A stretch of 63,834 nucleotides of DNA, the filler included, from Octopus bimaculoides (taxonomy: Eukaryota): NCBI RefSeq assembly GCF_001194135.2. It is 7 parts of 5 records of this genome, joined end to end, with 100 filler letters (N's around TTAATTAATTAA, not from the genome) between each part and the next. Parts side by side here need not be neighbours in the genome. Positions count along the whole stretch, not along the records: positions 62,768 to 63,834 come from NW_026316146.1; 6 more parts are not named here. One strand, 5' to 3'. A program made the translations under genes and the position numbers. Shown here one piece after another: positions 63,753-63,834 of the stretch; the first letter of the stretch is position 1, and every line of letters starts with the position of its first letter. Below the pieces are notes generated by a model, which saw nothing but the letters and a program-made list of their open reading frames with translations, was not told where the DNA came from and made no database searches.

Positions 63753-63834
63753 ACAGCGGAGACGATATATCGTTACCGCTGTTGCCGCCTCCGCCAACAC
63801 CACAACTACCACCATTGTGAATCGCCATATTGCT

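Overview
This is AT-rich, microsatellite-dense, gapped eukaryotic genomic DNA, not prokaryotic. The SINE families, Dong/R4 and Penelope remnants point to a coleoid cephalopod, most likely Octopus (inference). The only host gene I can support is the last two phase-0 coding exons (1526-1621, 2682-3002, +) of a secreted, helical, Unpaired/IL-6/leptin-like cytokine candidate; its 5' exons were not found in the window. The rest is decayed mobile DNA: tRNA-derived SINEs of several families, Dong/R4, Tx1/L1, RTE and CR1 LINE fragments, Penelope-like elements (PLEs) and Tc1/mariner remnants. The most unusual pattern is about 10 type-I hammerhead ribozyme (HHR) cores from at least 6 unrelated sequence families, most in the arms of long foldback (inverted-repeat) elements. 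One ~640-bp foldback (27342-27980) carries an intact hammerhead on each strand. Most ORFs in the supplied track are microsatellite or N-gap artefacts. Repeat boundaries were read by eye and are approximate; family names come from recall of consensus motifs, not from searches.
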